Assembly (NCBI GenBank): GCA_038045945.1
Contig: JBBSXC010000001.1
Location: 64,001 to 128,000, forward strand
DNA: 64,000 nucleotides
Origin: Nanobdellota archaeon
Lineage (GTDB): Archaea; Nanobdellota; Nanobdellia; Pacearchaeales; GW2011-AR1
Direction: 5' to 3'
Part shown: positions 9,329 through 18,567 of the stretch, piece after piece
Position numbering within the stretch: the first letter of the stretch is position 1
How the letters are laid out: each line of letters begins with the position of its first letter
Translations under genes and position numbers: made by a program
Notes under the pieces: model-generated
Database searches by the model: none
The model's input: only the letters and a program-made list of their open reading frames with translations
Told to the model about the DNA's origin: nothing

Positions 9329-9330
9329 GA

Positions 9331-10020
9331 CTATATTGTTATTTCTGTGCCTATAAATTCTTTTCCTTCTATTAGGTTAACAAAGTTTTTCACGTCGTTT
9401 CCTATGATGAATGTTTTTATTTTTTTGTTCATTACTATTTTTGCTGCTTCTTGGTCTATTACGAAGTGTTGTCCTGGTGTAAACTTCATTTTGTTTGCCA
9501 TTTTTTTCATTTCTTTAGCGCTTATTTTGCTTATTAGTTTAGCATCCTTGTTTTTTCTTGGGTCGCTTGTGTATAGTCCGTTAACGTTTGTTAGATTGAT
9601 GAATTCTGCGTTTAGGAAGCTTGCTAGTTTGGCTGATGTTGAGTCGCTTGTTTGTTTATCAGCGTATCTTAATGCTCCGCAGAATACTATGTCGTGTTTG
9701 TTCAGTAGTCTGTCTACGTGTTTCATATCGTGGGGTATTCCTTCGTCTGGGTCGTGGTCGAAGAAGTAGCTTACGAATCTTGCGTTTGTTCTGGTTATTG
9801 ATATTCCCATCAGGCTTTGTAATCGTTCTGATACTCCTGCTTTTTTTAGTGAGTTTATGTATGTTCTTGCTACGCTTCCTCCTCCGCATACTATCACGAA
9901 CTTGTTTTTTCTTGATAATTTTTTTATTGCTGTTTTTATTTCTGTTAAGAATTCGTTATCAACGCCGCTGCTAGGCACTATTAAGCTGCCGCCAAGACTT
10001 AGCACAAAAACCCTCTTCAT
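9331..10020 (-). CDS. pyrH: UMP kinase
   Basis: VLSLGGS, VCGGG, TSDSTSA, TNVNGLYTSDP. Confidence 0.95.
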   Translation of the reverse strand: MKRVFVLSLGGSLIVPSSGVDNEFLTEIKTAIKKLSRKNKFVIVCGGGSVARTYINSLKKAGVSERLQSLMGISITRTNARFVSYFFDHDPDEGIPHDMKHVDRLLNKHDIVFCGALRYADKQTSDSTSAKLASFLNAEFINLTNVNGLYTSDPRKNKDAKLISKISAKEMKKMANKMKFTPGQHFVIDQEAAKIVMNKKIKTFIIGNDVKNFVNLIEGKEFIGTEITI

Positions 10021-10101
10021 TTAGTCATCCTCTCTTTAGTCTTAATGTGTACTAACTACTATTTAAATGTTTGAGGATTATTTTATAGTAACAAAAGATC
10101 C

Positions 10102-10389
10102 TTATTTTATTATGAATATTTTGTCGTTGGTTACGTCGAAGAATCCTAGTTTTGATCCTGTGTCTAGCCATCCGTGCGCGTAGTTTAGTGCCGCAAAACA
10201 GTTTACTAAATCTTCCTTTTTTTTGAAGTATTCTGCGTCGCTTATGTATCTTGATGCCATATCTAGTATTGTTTCTGCTTCTTCTTTGTGTGATTTGTTT
10301 ATTGCTTCTTTTGCTTCTTTGAATGCGCTTTTTGATATCTCAAAATATTTTTCTATTTTTTCTGGTGTTATTTTGTCTGATTTTTTCAT
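10102..10389 (-). CDS. DUF357 domain protein
   Basis: YISDAEYF...CFAALNYAHGWLD. Confidence 0.85.
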   Translation of the reverse strand: MKKSDKITPEKIEKYFEISKSAFKEAKEAINKSHKEEAETILDMASRYISDAEYFKKKEDLVNCFAALNYAHGWLDTGSKLGFFDVTNDKIFIIK

Positions 10390-10488
10390 GTTTATTTGAT
10401 GTTTTCTCTCCTTATAAATTTAAACCATTTCTTGGCTGATGATACTAAAGTTTATATACGATTTTTGTCCTTTTAGTTATAGCTTAAC

Positions 10489-12726
10489 ATGAAAGAAATA
10501 AGAGGTGGTAAAGTACTTTTGGGTTTTTTGTTAATAATTGTTTTCTTATTTTCCTTATTTCTTTTTGCTAATAATGGTTCTTATTCTGGTTTAGCTGTTT
10601 ATAATTTTGGCCCTTTTGATGATAGTAATAGTTTTGGTCTTTGGACTTCTAGTGGTTCTAGTATGGACGGTTCTTACTCTATTGACAATCAAGTTTTTTC
10701 TGGTGGTACTGGTAGTTTGAAGGGTTCTACAGCCGGTCATAATAAGTCTTTTGTTGGCGTTACTCTTAGTCAGAAGCTTTCTCCTAATATGACTCAGAAT
10801 GGTGAATACCTCAATTTTTATTGGCGTAAGTCTTATCAGAATTCTTTATCTGTTACTAATAATATGTCTATTATTCTTTTAAGACCTGATAATAGTAAGG
10901 TTGTTTTGTGGAATGATTTGTCTAATAATTATGATTCTTGGTCTGGTGAATCTGTTCAGATTAATTCTTTTAATCAACAGGGGGATTATTATCTGGTTTT
11001 GGGTTGTGATTTGAAAACTGGTGAACTTTCTGATAATTCTTCTTCTACTTCTTGTTATTTTGATGAGGTAGTTATTGATACTCAGGGGAGTCCTTCTTCG
11101 CCCATTAGCCCTTTCTTTTATTCTTATCAGCAAACTCCTTCTAGTGGTGTTTCTTATAATGTTTCTACGGTTTATGATTTTAGGGTTTCTGTTTCTAATT
11201 CTGATGGTAAACCTTGGATTGATTTGGATAGTGCTAATAGGAGTCTTTCTCAAGTTTCTGGTAATACTTATCGTTTATTGGCCAGTAATTTGAGTGCTGG
11301 TACGCATTCTTTTTATTATTGGAGTTGGAATAATGGCGGTATTGCTAGTAGAGCTAGGAATTCTTCTCCTGTTATGACTTATCAGGTAACTAAAGGTTTT
11401 GGGGAGCTTAAGACTATTATTAATGGTTATAGGGGCGATTACACTGTTTCTAACAACACTGTTATTTGTTTTTCTGTTATTGCTCCAGATTCTGCTGATG
11501 GTTTGAGAACTATTTCTGTTAATGGTAAGTTGTTTGGTAAGCACGATAGTAACTTTCAGAATTGTACTTCTTTCTCTACCCCTCAGGTTGTTAATATTAG
11601 TTCTTATTGGGATGGCGGTACTAACTACTTTTCTGATTCTGAGTCATGGCAACTTAGAGTTATTAAGGAGTCTGAAATAGTTAATTATAATGAGACTGTG
11701 ATTAAGGTTCTTTCACCTTTCAATATAGATTATTCTTCTGATACTAAATTTTTAGATTTCTCTCTTGTTTCTAATACTGATCTTCGTGAGTGTCGTTATT
11801 CCTTAAACGGTTTAGAATCAGTACTTATGGATAAGGCTAATGGTACTTCTTTCTCTAAAAACGTTATTACAACTCCTGGCTCTCACCAATTGTTCTTTAT
11901 ATGTAAGGATAATCTTGGTACTGTTTTTAATGTTCAACCAGTTATTAATTTTAATGTTAAGGATCAGCCTAAAGTTGGTGTTATTAAGTCTAATTTGAAT
12001 TTTTCTTCAGTTAATGATTCTTGTACTCCTTCTTGGAAGTGTTCAGAGTGGTCTGATTGTTCTGCTGTTTCTTATGATCCTAGTGAAATAATTAGTGGTA
12101 AGATTGATGTTAGGGGTGAGCAGAGGAGGATTTGTTATGATACTACTATTTGTAAGAATGCGGTTATTGAGAAGCAGGTTTGTGATGTTAGGATCCCTGT
12201 TAGGGCTGAGGCTAAGTTTTGGTGTGAACAAAACTATATTGAGATTTATGATTTAGTTACTAACCAGTTAGTTAGTAGGATTAAGGAGAGGGATATTGGC
12301 AATACTAAGACTGCTGATATTGGTTTTGTTATGAGTGAATTTGGTGATTATTGTGATTATTGTTATAATGATGCTCGTGATTTTGATGAAGCTGGTATTG
12401 ATTGTGGTGGTAAAAATTGTCCTGCTTGTTACAATAAGAGTTCGCAGAAGGCTCTTTCTTCTAATGCTTTAAGGTTTTCTTTAACTATTATTGAAGTTTT
12501 AGTTTTGGGTAGCATTATTTCTTACTTGTTTTATTGGTTGATTGTTAAAAGGTTGTGGGCTGGTGAAGAGTCTGAAGAGTTGGTTAGTCCTGCGATGTCG
12601 CTTGTTAAGCAGGCTATGAAGAGGGGTTATTCTAAGGACCAAATTTATGAATTGTTCAAGAAGAAGGGTTGGAAGGATAGGGATATTGATCAGTTAATAA
12701 GGGAATCGCAAAAAAAGTTTGATTAA
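10489..12726 (+). CDS. Large cell-surface protein with Cys-rich modules and C-terminal TM anchor
   Basis: N-terminal TM/signal, S/N/T-rich beta domains, CTPSWKCSEWSDC and DEAGIDCGGKNCPAC motifs, TM, small helical tail. Confidence 0.8.
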   Translation: MKEIRGGKVLLGFLLIIVFLFSLFLFANNGSYSGLAVYNFGPFDDSNSFGLWTSSGSSMDGSYSIDNQVFSGGTGSLKGSTAGHNKSFVGVTLSQKLSPNMTQNGEYLNFYWRKSYQNSLSVTNNMSIILLRPDNSKVVLWNDLSNNYDSWSGESVQINSFNQQGDYYLVLGCDLKTGELSDNSSSTSCYFDEVVIDTQGSPSSPISPFFYSYQQTPSSGVSYNVSTVYDFRVSVSNSDGKPWIDLDSANRSLSQVSGNTYRLLASNLSAGTHSFYYWSWNNGGIASRARNSSPVMTYQVTKGFGELKTIINGYRGDYTVSNNTVICFSVIAPDSADGLRTISVNGKLFGKHDSNFQNCTSFSTPQVVNISSYWDGGTNYFSDSESWQLRVIKESEIVNYNETVIKVLSPFNIDYSSDTKFLDFSLVSNTDLRECRYSLNGLESVLMDKANGTSFSKNVITTPGSHQLFFICKDNLGTVFNVQPVINFNVKDQPKVGVIKSNLNFSSVNDSCTPSWKCSEWSDCSAVSYDPSEIISGKIDVRGEQRRICYDTTICKNAVIEKQVCDVRIPVRAEAKFWCEQNYIEIYDLVTNQLVSRIKERDIGNTKTADIGFVMSEFGDYCDYCYNDARDFDEAGIDCGGKNCPACYNKSSQKALSSNALRFSLTIIEVLVLGSIISYLFYWLIVKRLWAGEESEELVSPAMSLVKQAMKRGYSKDQIYELFKKKGWKDRDIDQLIRESQKKFD

Positions 12727-12782
12727 AATCTTTAACCTATTAGTGTTTTTATGCTGAGAAAACTTTTAAGTTTTCGAGGCAA

Positions 12783-13373
12783 TCAAGAAGCACTTATAAG
12801 CTTCTTTATGTCTAAGTACTTTGTTATTATGAATCTGCTTCCGGCTAGGTCTGATAGTACTGCTGTTATAGAATAATTTTTGTAAGCGGCATTGAATACT
12901 CCTTCTGTTGGGTATGTTTTTGCTAGGTTTGCGAAGTCTGCTATTACTCTTTTTATTTCATCTTCCGATAATGTTACTGCTGTTGTTTCTTCTCCACCTG
13001 GCTTCTTTATCACTAATGGCTTTTCTGGCCCCTGGCATTCTACTACGTATACGTCTCCTCCTATAACCTCGCTTACTTTTCCTAAATCTATTTTTTCTTC
13101 TTGATAAAACTTCTTGTTAGTTAAAGGAGTTGTTATTGTTTTGTTTTCTGTTTGTGGTGTTACAGTGGCGAATTTTACTTTTGGTAAGTCTTGCGGATTA
13201 ATTCTTTCGTTTATTTCTTTTAGTATGTAATCTTTGTTTTTTATTACTTCTTTTAGTCTTCCTTTTATTTCTCTTCTTATTTCTTCACGGAACTTGTTAG
13301 AATTAATGTTTACTAGTATTTCTCTTGTGAATTCTCTTAGGAAGAACCATGATTGTTCGTCACTGCTTAGCAT
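12783..13373 (-). CDS. Hypothetical protein
   Basis: 196 aa ORF, co-oriented with its upstream neighbour (2-nt gap). Confidence 0.7.
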   Translation of the reverse strand: MLSSDEQSWFFLREFTREILVNINSNKFREEIRREIKGRLKEVIKNKDYILKEINERINPQDLPKVKFATVTPQTENKTITTPLTNKKFYQEEKIDLGKVSEVIGGDVYVVECQGPEKPLVIKKPGGEETTAVTLSEDEIKRVIADFANLAKTYPTEGVFNAAYKNYSITAVLSDLAGSRFIITKYLDIKKLISAS

Positions 13374-13375
13374 TA

Positions 13376-13873
13376 TTACACCTTTGGTTCTTCTTTGACT
13401 TGGAATCTTGTTGGTCCTAAATCTATTCTTTCCATTCTTTGTCTAGTTATTTGAGGTATTGTTGGTTGTGGAAATGATCTATTGTTTTGTGATCCTGGTG
13501 CCGGAGTCTCTCCGTACAATTTTTCTTTTAGGTCGTCTCCTAATAATGATAATCCTTTTGCTATTGTTTTGTTTTGGTCTAGTAGTGTGTTTAGTTTTCC
13601 TAAGAATTCTGCTTCTTTTTGTAAGTCTCCGCTTCCTACTGCTCCGCTAGGCCTAAAGTTTTTTTCTGCGAAGCTTCTTGCTGATACTTCGAATATTTGC
13701 AGTAGTTTGCTTATGTTCATTGTTAATAAGTCCATTTTTTCAGCGTTTGTTACTAGCACTTTTTGCAGCCTTACAAAGTTGTCTATTAGTACTTGGTTTA
13801 GGTGTTCTGATCCTGATGTAGAAAATCCGCTTCTGTTTGATTCTTTGTGGCCGCTCACCCTTTTCTTAACCAT
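13376..13873 (-). CDS. Hypothetical protein (coiled-coil-like)
   Basis: Likely start ATG 13873; LIDNFVRLQKVL...NISKLLQIFE. Confidence 0.7.
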   Translation of the reverse strand: MVKKRVSGHKESNRSGFSTSGSEHLNQVLIDNFVRLQKVLVTNAEKMDLLTMNISKLLQIFEVSARSFAEKNFRPSGAVGSGDLQKEAEFLGKLNTLLDQNKTIAKGLSLLGDDLKEKLYGETPAPGSQNNRSFPQPTIPQITRQRMERIDLGPTRFQVKEEPKV

Positions 13874-13980
13874 AAAATATTCGAGGTTTAGCATATTTAT
13901 AAAGGTTATGCAGAGACTATGTGCTTTTGAGGAGATAAATCCTTAAAAGTGTCTTTTACTCTTTTTTTGTCGTGACTTGG

Positions 13981-15408
13981 ATGTTGTTTAACTCTTTGCA
14001 GTTTTTGGTGTTTTTCTTAGTTGTTGTTTCATTATACTTTATTCTTCCTCATAAGTATCGTTGGTTTTTGTTGCTTGTTTCTAGTTACTATTTTTATATG
14101 AGTTATCTTCCAGAGTACGTTCTTGTTTTGTTGTTTGCTACAGTCATGGACTATTTTTTGGCTATTAGGATAGCTTCAATTAAGGATTATACTAAGAGAA
14201 AGTTATTCCTTGTTTTTAGTATTTTTTCTAATCTTGGTTTATTGTTTGTTTTTAAGTACTTTAATTTTTTTGGTGATTCTTTAAGGTCTCTTCTTAGTTT
14301 GGCTTCTTTGGATGTTAGTATTCCTTATAGCTCTTTGATTCTTCCTTTGGGTTTGTCTTTTCATACTTTTCAGAGTTTGGGTTATATGATCGAGGTTTAT
14401 AGGGGTGAGATTAAACCTCAGAAGCATTTTGGTATTTTTGCTTTGTATATTGCTTTTTTTCCTCAGCTTGTTGCTGGGCCTATTGAGAGGGCTAAGAATC
14501 TTATTCCTCAGTTTTATGTGAGTCACAAATTTGATTTTTTGAGAATTGTTGGTGGTCTTAAGATTGTTCTTTGGGGTTTTTTCTTAAAGGCTGTTCTTGC
14601 TGACCGTTTGGCTGTTCCTGTTGATTATGCTTTCACTCATCCTTCTTGGCCTGGTGGTATTTCTCTTCTTTTGGCTACAATATTTTTTGCTTTCCAAATC
14701 TATGGCGATTTTGCTGGTTATACTTTCATTGCTATTGGTACTGCTAAAATTATGGGTTTTTCTTTAATGGATAATTTTCGCAGGCCTTACTTGTCTGGGT
14801 CTTTCGTTGATTTTTGGCGTAGGTGGCATATTTCTTTGTCTTCTTGGTTTAGGGATTACTTGTATATTCCTCTAGGTGGTAGTAAGAAGGGTTTTGTTAG
14901 GACTCTTGTTAATTTGTTTATTGTTTTCTTACTTAGTGGTTTGTGGCATGGTGCTGCTTGGACTTTCGTTATTTGGGGTATTATTCACGGATTATTAGTA
15001 ATTGGTAATACTTTAGTTATCAAGCTTAGTGGTAAGAAAAAGAAGGTTAAGCATAATTTTGGTACAGGCATTATTAATTTCTTTAAGTCTGTCTTTGTTT
15101 TCTCTTTTGTTTGTTTTGCTTGGATTTTTTTCCGTGCTAATTCTGTTTCTGATGCTTTAATAATCATTAAAAGGATTTTTTCTTGGACTGCTCCTAAAAT
15201 TATTACTTTGAGTTTGACTTCTATTGATTTGTCTATTGCTGTTTTCTTAATTTTGTTTGTTATGATTGTTGATTTCTTTACTGAGAAAAGGTTTTTTGGC
15301 GATAAGACTCCTTGGTGGGCAGAATTATTGTTTTATCTTTTGGTTTTTTGGTTTATTATTATTTTAGGCTCCTTTGGGGGTAGGGAGTTTATTTACTTCC
15401 AATTTTAG
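13981..15408 (+). CDS. MBOAT O-acyltransferase (AlgI/DltB-like)
   Basis: MLFNS, LPLGLSFHTFQ, FFPQLVAGPIER, DFWRRWHISLSSWFRDYLYIPLGG, GLWHGA. Confidence 0.95.
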   Translation: MLFNSLQFLVFFLVVVSLYFILPHKYRWFLLLVSSYYFYMSYLPEYVLVLLFATVMDYFLAIRIASIKDYTKRKLFLVFSIFSNLGLLFVFKYFNFFGDSLRSLLSLASLDVSIPYSSLILPLGLSFHTFQSLGYMIEVYRGEIKPQKHFGIFALYIAFFPQLVAGPIERAKNLIPQFYVSHKFDFLRIVGGLKIVLWGFFLKAVLADRLAVPVDYAFTHPSWPGGISLLLATIFFAFQIYGDFAGYTFIAIGTAKIMGFSLMDNFRRPYLSGSFVDFWRRWHISLSSWFRDYLYIPLGGSKKGFVRTLVNLFIVFLLSGLWHGAAWTFVIWGIIHGLLVIGNTLVIKLSGKKKKVKHNFGTGIINFFKSVFVFSFVCFAWIFFRANSVSDALIIIKRIFSWTAPKIITLSLTSIDLSIAVFLILFVMIVDFFTEKRFFGDKTPWWAELLFYLLVFWFIIILGSFGGREFIYFQF

Positions 15409-15409
15409 T

Positions 15410-16570
15410 ATGGACAAAAGAATGTTTTTCTTATCGGTAATTGTTGTTTTGTTATTTTTAATGCCTTTGATTGTTCAGTTACTTTTGCCTTTTGGTTATG
15501 ATAGTTTTCGCATTTGGGATTCTGTTTCTAGGGCTTTTATTAATTCTGATAAGCCTTTTTATTCTAATATTAACATTAGTAGGGTCGAGGTTGGTGATTT
15601 GGCTCATGGTACCGAGTTTGAGGTTAATAGGTCTGTTACTTGGTTTACTGATAGTAGAGGTTTTAGGACGCAAGAGTCTATTGATGATTTTTATGATGTT
15701 GTTATTCTTGGTGACTCTACTATTGCTGGTGCTGGTTTGAGTCAGGAGGATATGCTTTATTCTGTTATTAGTAATAAGACTGGTTTGAGGGTTTATTCTA
15801 TGGGTCAGGTTGGTATTAATCGTTTTTTGAGTGATTCTCGTTTTGTTCTTAATCCTCCTAAAGTTTTGGTTTTTGGTGTTCTTGAGAGGAATATGAATAA
15901 TATTGATGTGTTGAATAAAAGTGTTATTGTGAGGAGTAAATACTTTTTTCCTATTAAGGAGAGGCTTGTTGATTTGCTTGATCGTTCTTTAAAACTTAAT
16001 TTTATTAGAAAGAAGATTTCTCCTTCTATTTCTTCTGATAATTTAGCTGTTAATAATAGTACTAGGATGGTTTTTTATGATGTTTCTCTTACTCAACAAT
16101 TAACTAATTCTTTTGTTGTTACACAGTTGGTTGATGAAATTTCTTCTTATAATGATTTGTTAGCTGATCGTAATATTACTTTGATATTTTTGCCTGTTCC
16201 TAATAAGGAGACTGTTTATTATGATGATTTGCCTCAGAATTTTAAGAATAGGTATTCTAAGTCTAATTTTACTTCTCATATTTCTTTCTTAACTAATAAT
16301 GCTGGTGTTAAAACTGTTGATTTATTACCTATTTATAATAAAGAAAAATCTCAGAGTTTTTTGTATCAGTTGGATGATACTCATTGGAATAGGGATGGTG
16401 TTTTGATTGCTGCTGATGAGGTTATTAAACTGATGAATGTTTCCGACATTAATCACTCTGTTTTTAAGAAGCCTATTGTTAGTGATTTGGTTTTTGAGTT
16501 GTTAGTTTATGAGGCTTTTTTCTTACTTTTCGTTCTTGCTTTTCTTCTTAGAATTTTTGATCGTAAATGA
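15410..16570 (+). CDS. AlgJ/AlgX-like SGNH acetyltransferase
   Basis: ILGDST, PVPNK, DTHWNRDG; directly follows the MBOAT gene. Confidence 0.8.
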   Translation: MDKRMFFLSVIVVLLFLMPLIVQLLLPFGYDSFRIWDSVSRAFINSDKPFYSNINISRVEVGDLAHGTEFEVNRSVTWFTDSRGFRTQESIDDFYDVVILGDSTIAGAGLSQEDMLYSVISNKTGLRVYSMGQVGINRFLSDSRFVLNPPKVLVFGVLERNMNNIDVLNKSVIVRSKYFFPIKERLVDLLDRSLKLNFIRKKISPSISSDNLAVNNSTRMVFYDVSLTQQLTNSFVVTQLVDEISSYNDLLADRNITLIFLPVPNKETVYYDDLPQNFKNRYSKSNFTSHISFLTNNAGVKTVDLLPIYNKEKSQSFLYQLDDTHWNRDGVLIAADEVIKLMNVSDINHSVFKKPIVSDLVFELLVYEAFFLLFVLAFLLRIFDRK

Positions 16571-16573
16571 TTA

Positions 16574-16645
16574 TGGGTCCGGAGAGATTCGAACTCTCAT
16601 CCTTCGCTCTGGAGGCGAAGAGACTAACCGTTATCCTACGGGCCC
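16574..16645 (-). tRNA. tRNA-Trp(CCA), intronless
   Basis: Cloverleaf; anticodon arm TTCGC-CTCCAGA-GCGAA. Confidence 0.95.
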
Positions 16646-16702
16646 TTTGCTAGTTATTGTTTGGAATGAAATGCTTAAAAATGTTGCTAACTAAGAATTA
16701 TC

Positions 16703-17101
16703 ATGGTTGAAGTATTACTTGACACTAATTTTTTGATTAGTTGTGTTAAGCAAAAGATTCATTTTGTTGATGCTATTAAGGAGTTATTATCTGACTCCGA
16801 GATAGTTGTGCCTGCGCAGGTTGTTTCTGAGCTCCAGAGGATTTCTACCGATCATGATCGTAAGTATCGTTTGGAGGATCGTGAGCATGCTAGTCTAGCT
16901 CTTCAACTTATTGTTAAGTATCGTGTTATTAAGGGTAAGGGCAAGTATGCTGATAAGGCCATTATTGGTTATGTTCATGAGAAGAATTATCGTAGTGAGC
17001 AAGTTATTGTTGCTACTATTGATTCTGGTCTTGTGTCAAAGGTTAGGAATGTTTCTAGAGTAATTAAGATTAGGGGTCTTAAGCGTTTAGTTATCGAATA
17101 A
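16703..17101 (+). CDS. PIN-domain protein (Fcf1/Utp24-like)
   Basis: VLLDTNFL, VVSEL, ADKAI, VATID; conserved position before rpoE1. Confidence 0.85.
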   Translation: MVEVLLDTNFLISCVKQKIHFVDAIKELLSDSEIVVPAQVVSELQRISTDHDRKYRLEDREHASLALQLIVKYRVIKGKGKYADKAIIGYVHEKNYRSEQVIVATIDSGLVSKVRNVSRVIKIRGLKRLVIE

Positions 17102-17217
17102 AAAACCTATTTTTTATTTGTAGTAACCTTTAAAAACATCGAAATTTTCGGAAAAAATTTCGTGGCTTAAAAAGCTGCACTCCAAAGCTTTTTAAACTAA
17201 CTTTTTCTAACATTTTG

Positions 17218-17820
17218 ATGTTCTACTTAGCAGAAGTTGAAGATTATATTAGAGTTGAACCTAAATTATTTGGGCTTGATACTCGCGAGGCTGTTAAAGA
17301 ACAACTTAAGACTGCTTATAGCGGTTTTGTTAGTAAGGAATTAGGTTATGTTGTTTCCGTTTTGGATGTTTTGACTGTTCAGGAAGGAGTTGTTATTCCA
17401 GGGGACGGTGCTGTTTATTATAATTCACGATTCAAACTTTTAGTTTGGAAGGCTGAACTTGGAGAGCTTGTTTATTGTATGGTTAAGGAAGTTGCTAACT
17501 TTGGTGCTTTCATGAGTTTGGGTATTACTGATGGTCTTATTCATGTTACTCAGGTTACTGATGATTATGTTAGTTTTTCCAAAACTGGTACTTTGGTTTC
17601 CAAGTCTGGTAAGAAAAGCCTTAAGAAGGGCGATTTATGTTTAGCTAGAATAGTTGCTGTCTCTTATAAGGCTGGAGAACCTAAGATGAGTTTAACTATG
17701 AGACAGCCAGGTCTTGGTAAGATTGAGTGGATTAAGGATGATAAGAGAAAGTCTAAAGTTAAGGGTAGGGGCGAAAGTGAAGAGAAAGAATCTAAACCTA
17801 AAAAGTCTAAGAAAGAATAA
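17218..17820 (+). CDS. rpoE1: RNA polymerase subunit Rpo7 (E')
   Basis: IRVEP, IPGDGAVY, S1 domain FGAF...DGLIHVTQ, LTMRQPGLGK. Confidence 0.95.
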   Translation: MFYLAEVEDYIRVEPKLFGLDTREAVKEQLKTAYSGFVSKELGYVVSVLDVLTVQEGVVIPGDGAVYYNSRFKLLVWKAELGELVYCMVKEVANFGAFMSLGITDGLIHVTQVTDDYVSFSKTGTLVSKSGKKSLKKGDLCLARIVAVSYKAGEPKMSLTMRQPGLGKIEWIKDDKRKSKVKGRGESEEKESKPKKSKKE

Positions 17821-18008
17821 TGGGTAACAAAAAAGCTTGCAAATTATGCAAAAGAATATATGAAGAAGGGAATTGTCCTAGTTGTGGAAGTAACGAATAC
17901 GTGAAAGATTACAAGGGAATTCTTGTTGTTTTCGACCCTGTAAATTCTGATATTGCTAAAAGTATGAAAATAAACAATGCTGGAGAATACGCTGTTAAGG
18001 TTAAATAA
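17820..18008 (+). CDS. spt4: Transcription elongation factor Spt4 (RpoE'')
   Basis: KACKLC...CPSCGS, GEYAVKV. Confidence 0.95.
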   Translation: MGNKKACKLCKRIYEEGNCPSCGSNEYVKDYKGILVVFDPVNSDIAKSMKINNAGEYAVKVK

Positions 18009-18013
18009 TTATC

Positions 18014-18316
18014 ATGGAACATCATAATATACTCAGTGATAAGGATAACAAAACTTTAGGTTTTAGAGAGGTTGAAATATTGATGCCTTTCTCTAAGACA
18101 CCAACAACTGTTGAAATAACTAAAATAATTGCTGATAAGTATAAGGCATCTGAGGATTCTTGTTCTATTCAGATGATTAAGGGTAGTTTTGGTAAAAACC
18201 TTTTTTCTATTAAGGCTAGAATTTATGCTAATAAGGAAAATAAGGATAAGATTGAACATAAGAATAAGAAACCTAAAAAGGCTCCTGGAGCCGCTGTCGG
18301 AGGTAAGAAGAAATAA
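18014..18316 (+). CDS. rps24e: Ribosomal protein eS24
   Basis: NKTLGFREV, TPT, IKGSFG, ARIY; operon context. Confidence 0.85.
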   Translation: MEHHNILSDKDNKTLGFREVEILMPFSKTPTTVEITKIIADKYKASEDSCSIQMIKGSFGKNLFSIKARIYANKENKDKIEHKNKKPKKAPGAAVGGKKK

Positions 18317-18552
18317 TGGCTGGTGACAAAGGCAGTAAAGGTAAAAGGAAGAGGAAAAAACACCCTTCTTCTAAGAGATACAAAATGTATACTGTTAGCG
18401 GTGATAAAATTACTTCTAGGAAGAGAATGTGCCCAAGATGCGGCCCTGGAATATTCTTAGCAGTTGCACCTAACAGAGTATTCTGTGGTAAGTGCGCTTA
18501 CACAGAATTTGCAGCAAGCACAACATTGAAAGCACAAGAAAAGAAAAAGTAA
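18316..18552 (+). CDS. rps27ae: Ribosomal protein eS31 (S27ae)
   Basis: CPRCGPGIFLA...CGKCAYTEF. Confidence 0.95.
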   Translation: MAGDKGSKGKRKRKKHPSSKRYKMYTVSGDKITSRKRMCPRCGPGIFLAVAPNRVFCGKCAYTEFAASTTLKAQEKKK

Positions 18553-18567
18553 AAATTTTATAAAAAA

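Noticed and set aside
12758-12775. Short AT-rich palindromes (also ~17140-17162, ~54765-54797, ~62165-62181)
   Set aside because: No shared sequence; consistent with terminators or chance
16509-16694. 61-aa ORF
   Set aside because: Runs antisense through tRNA-Trp
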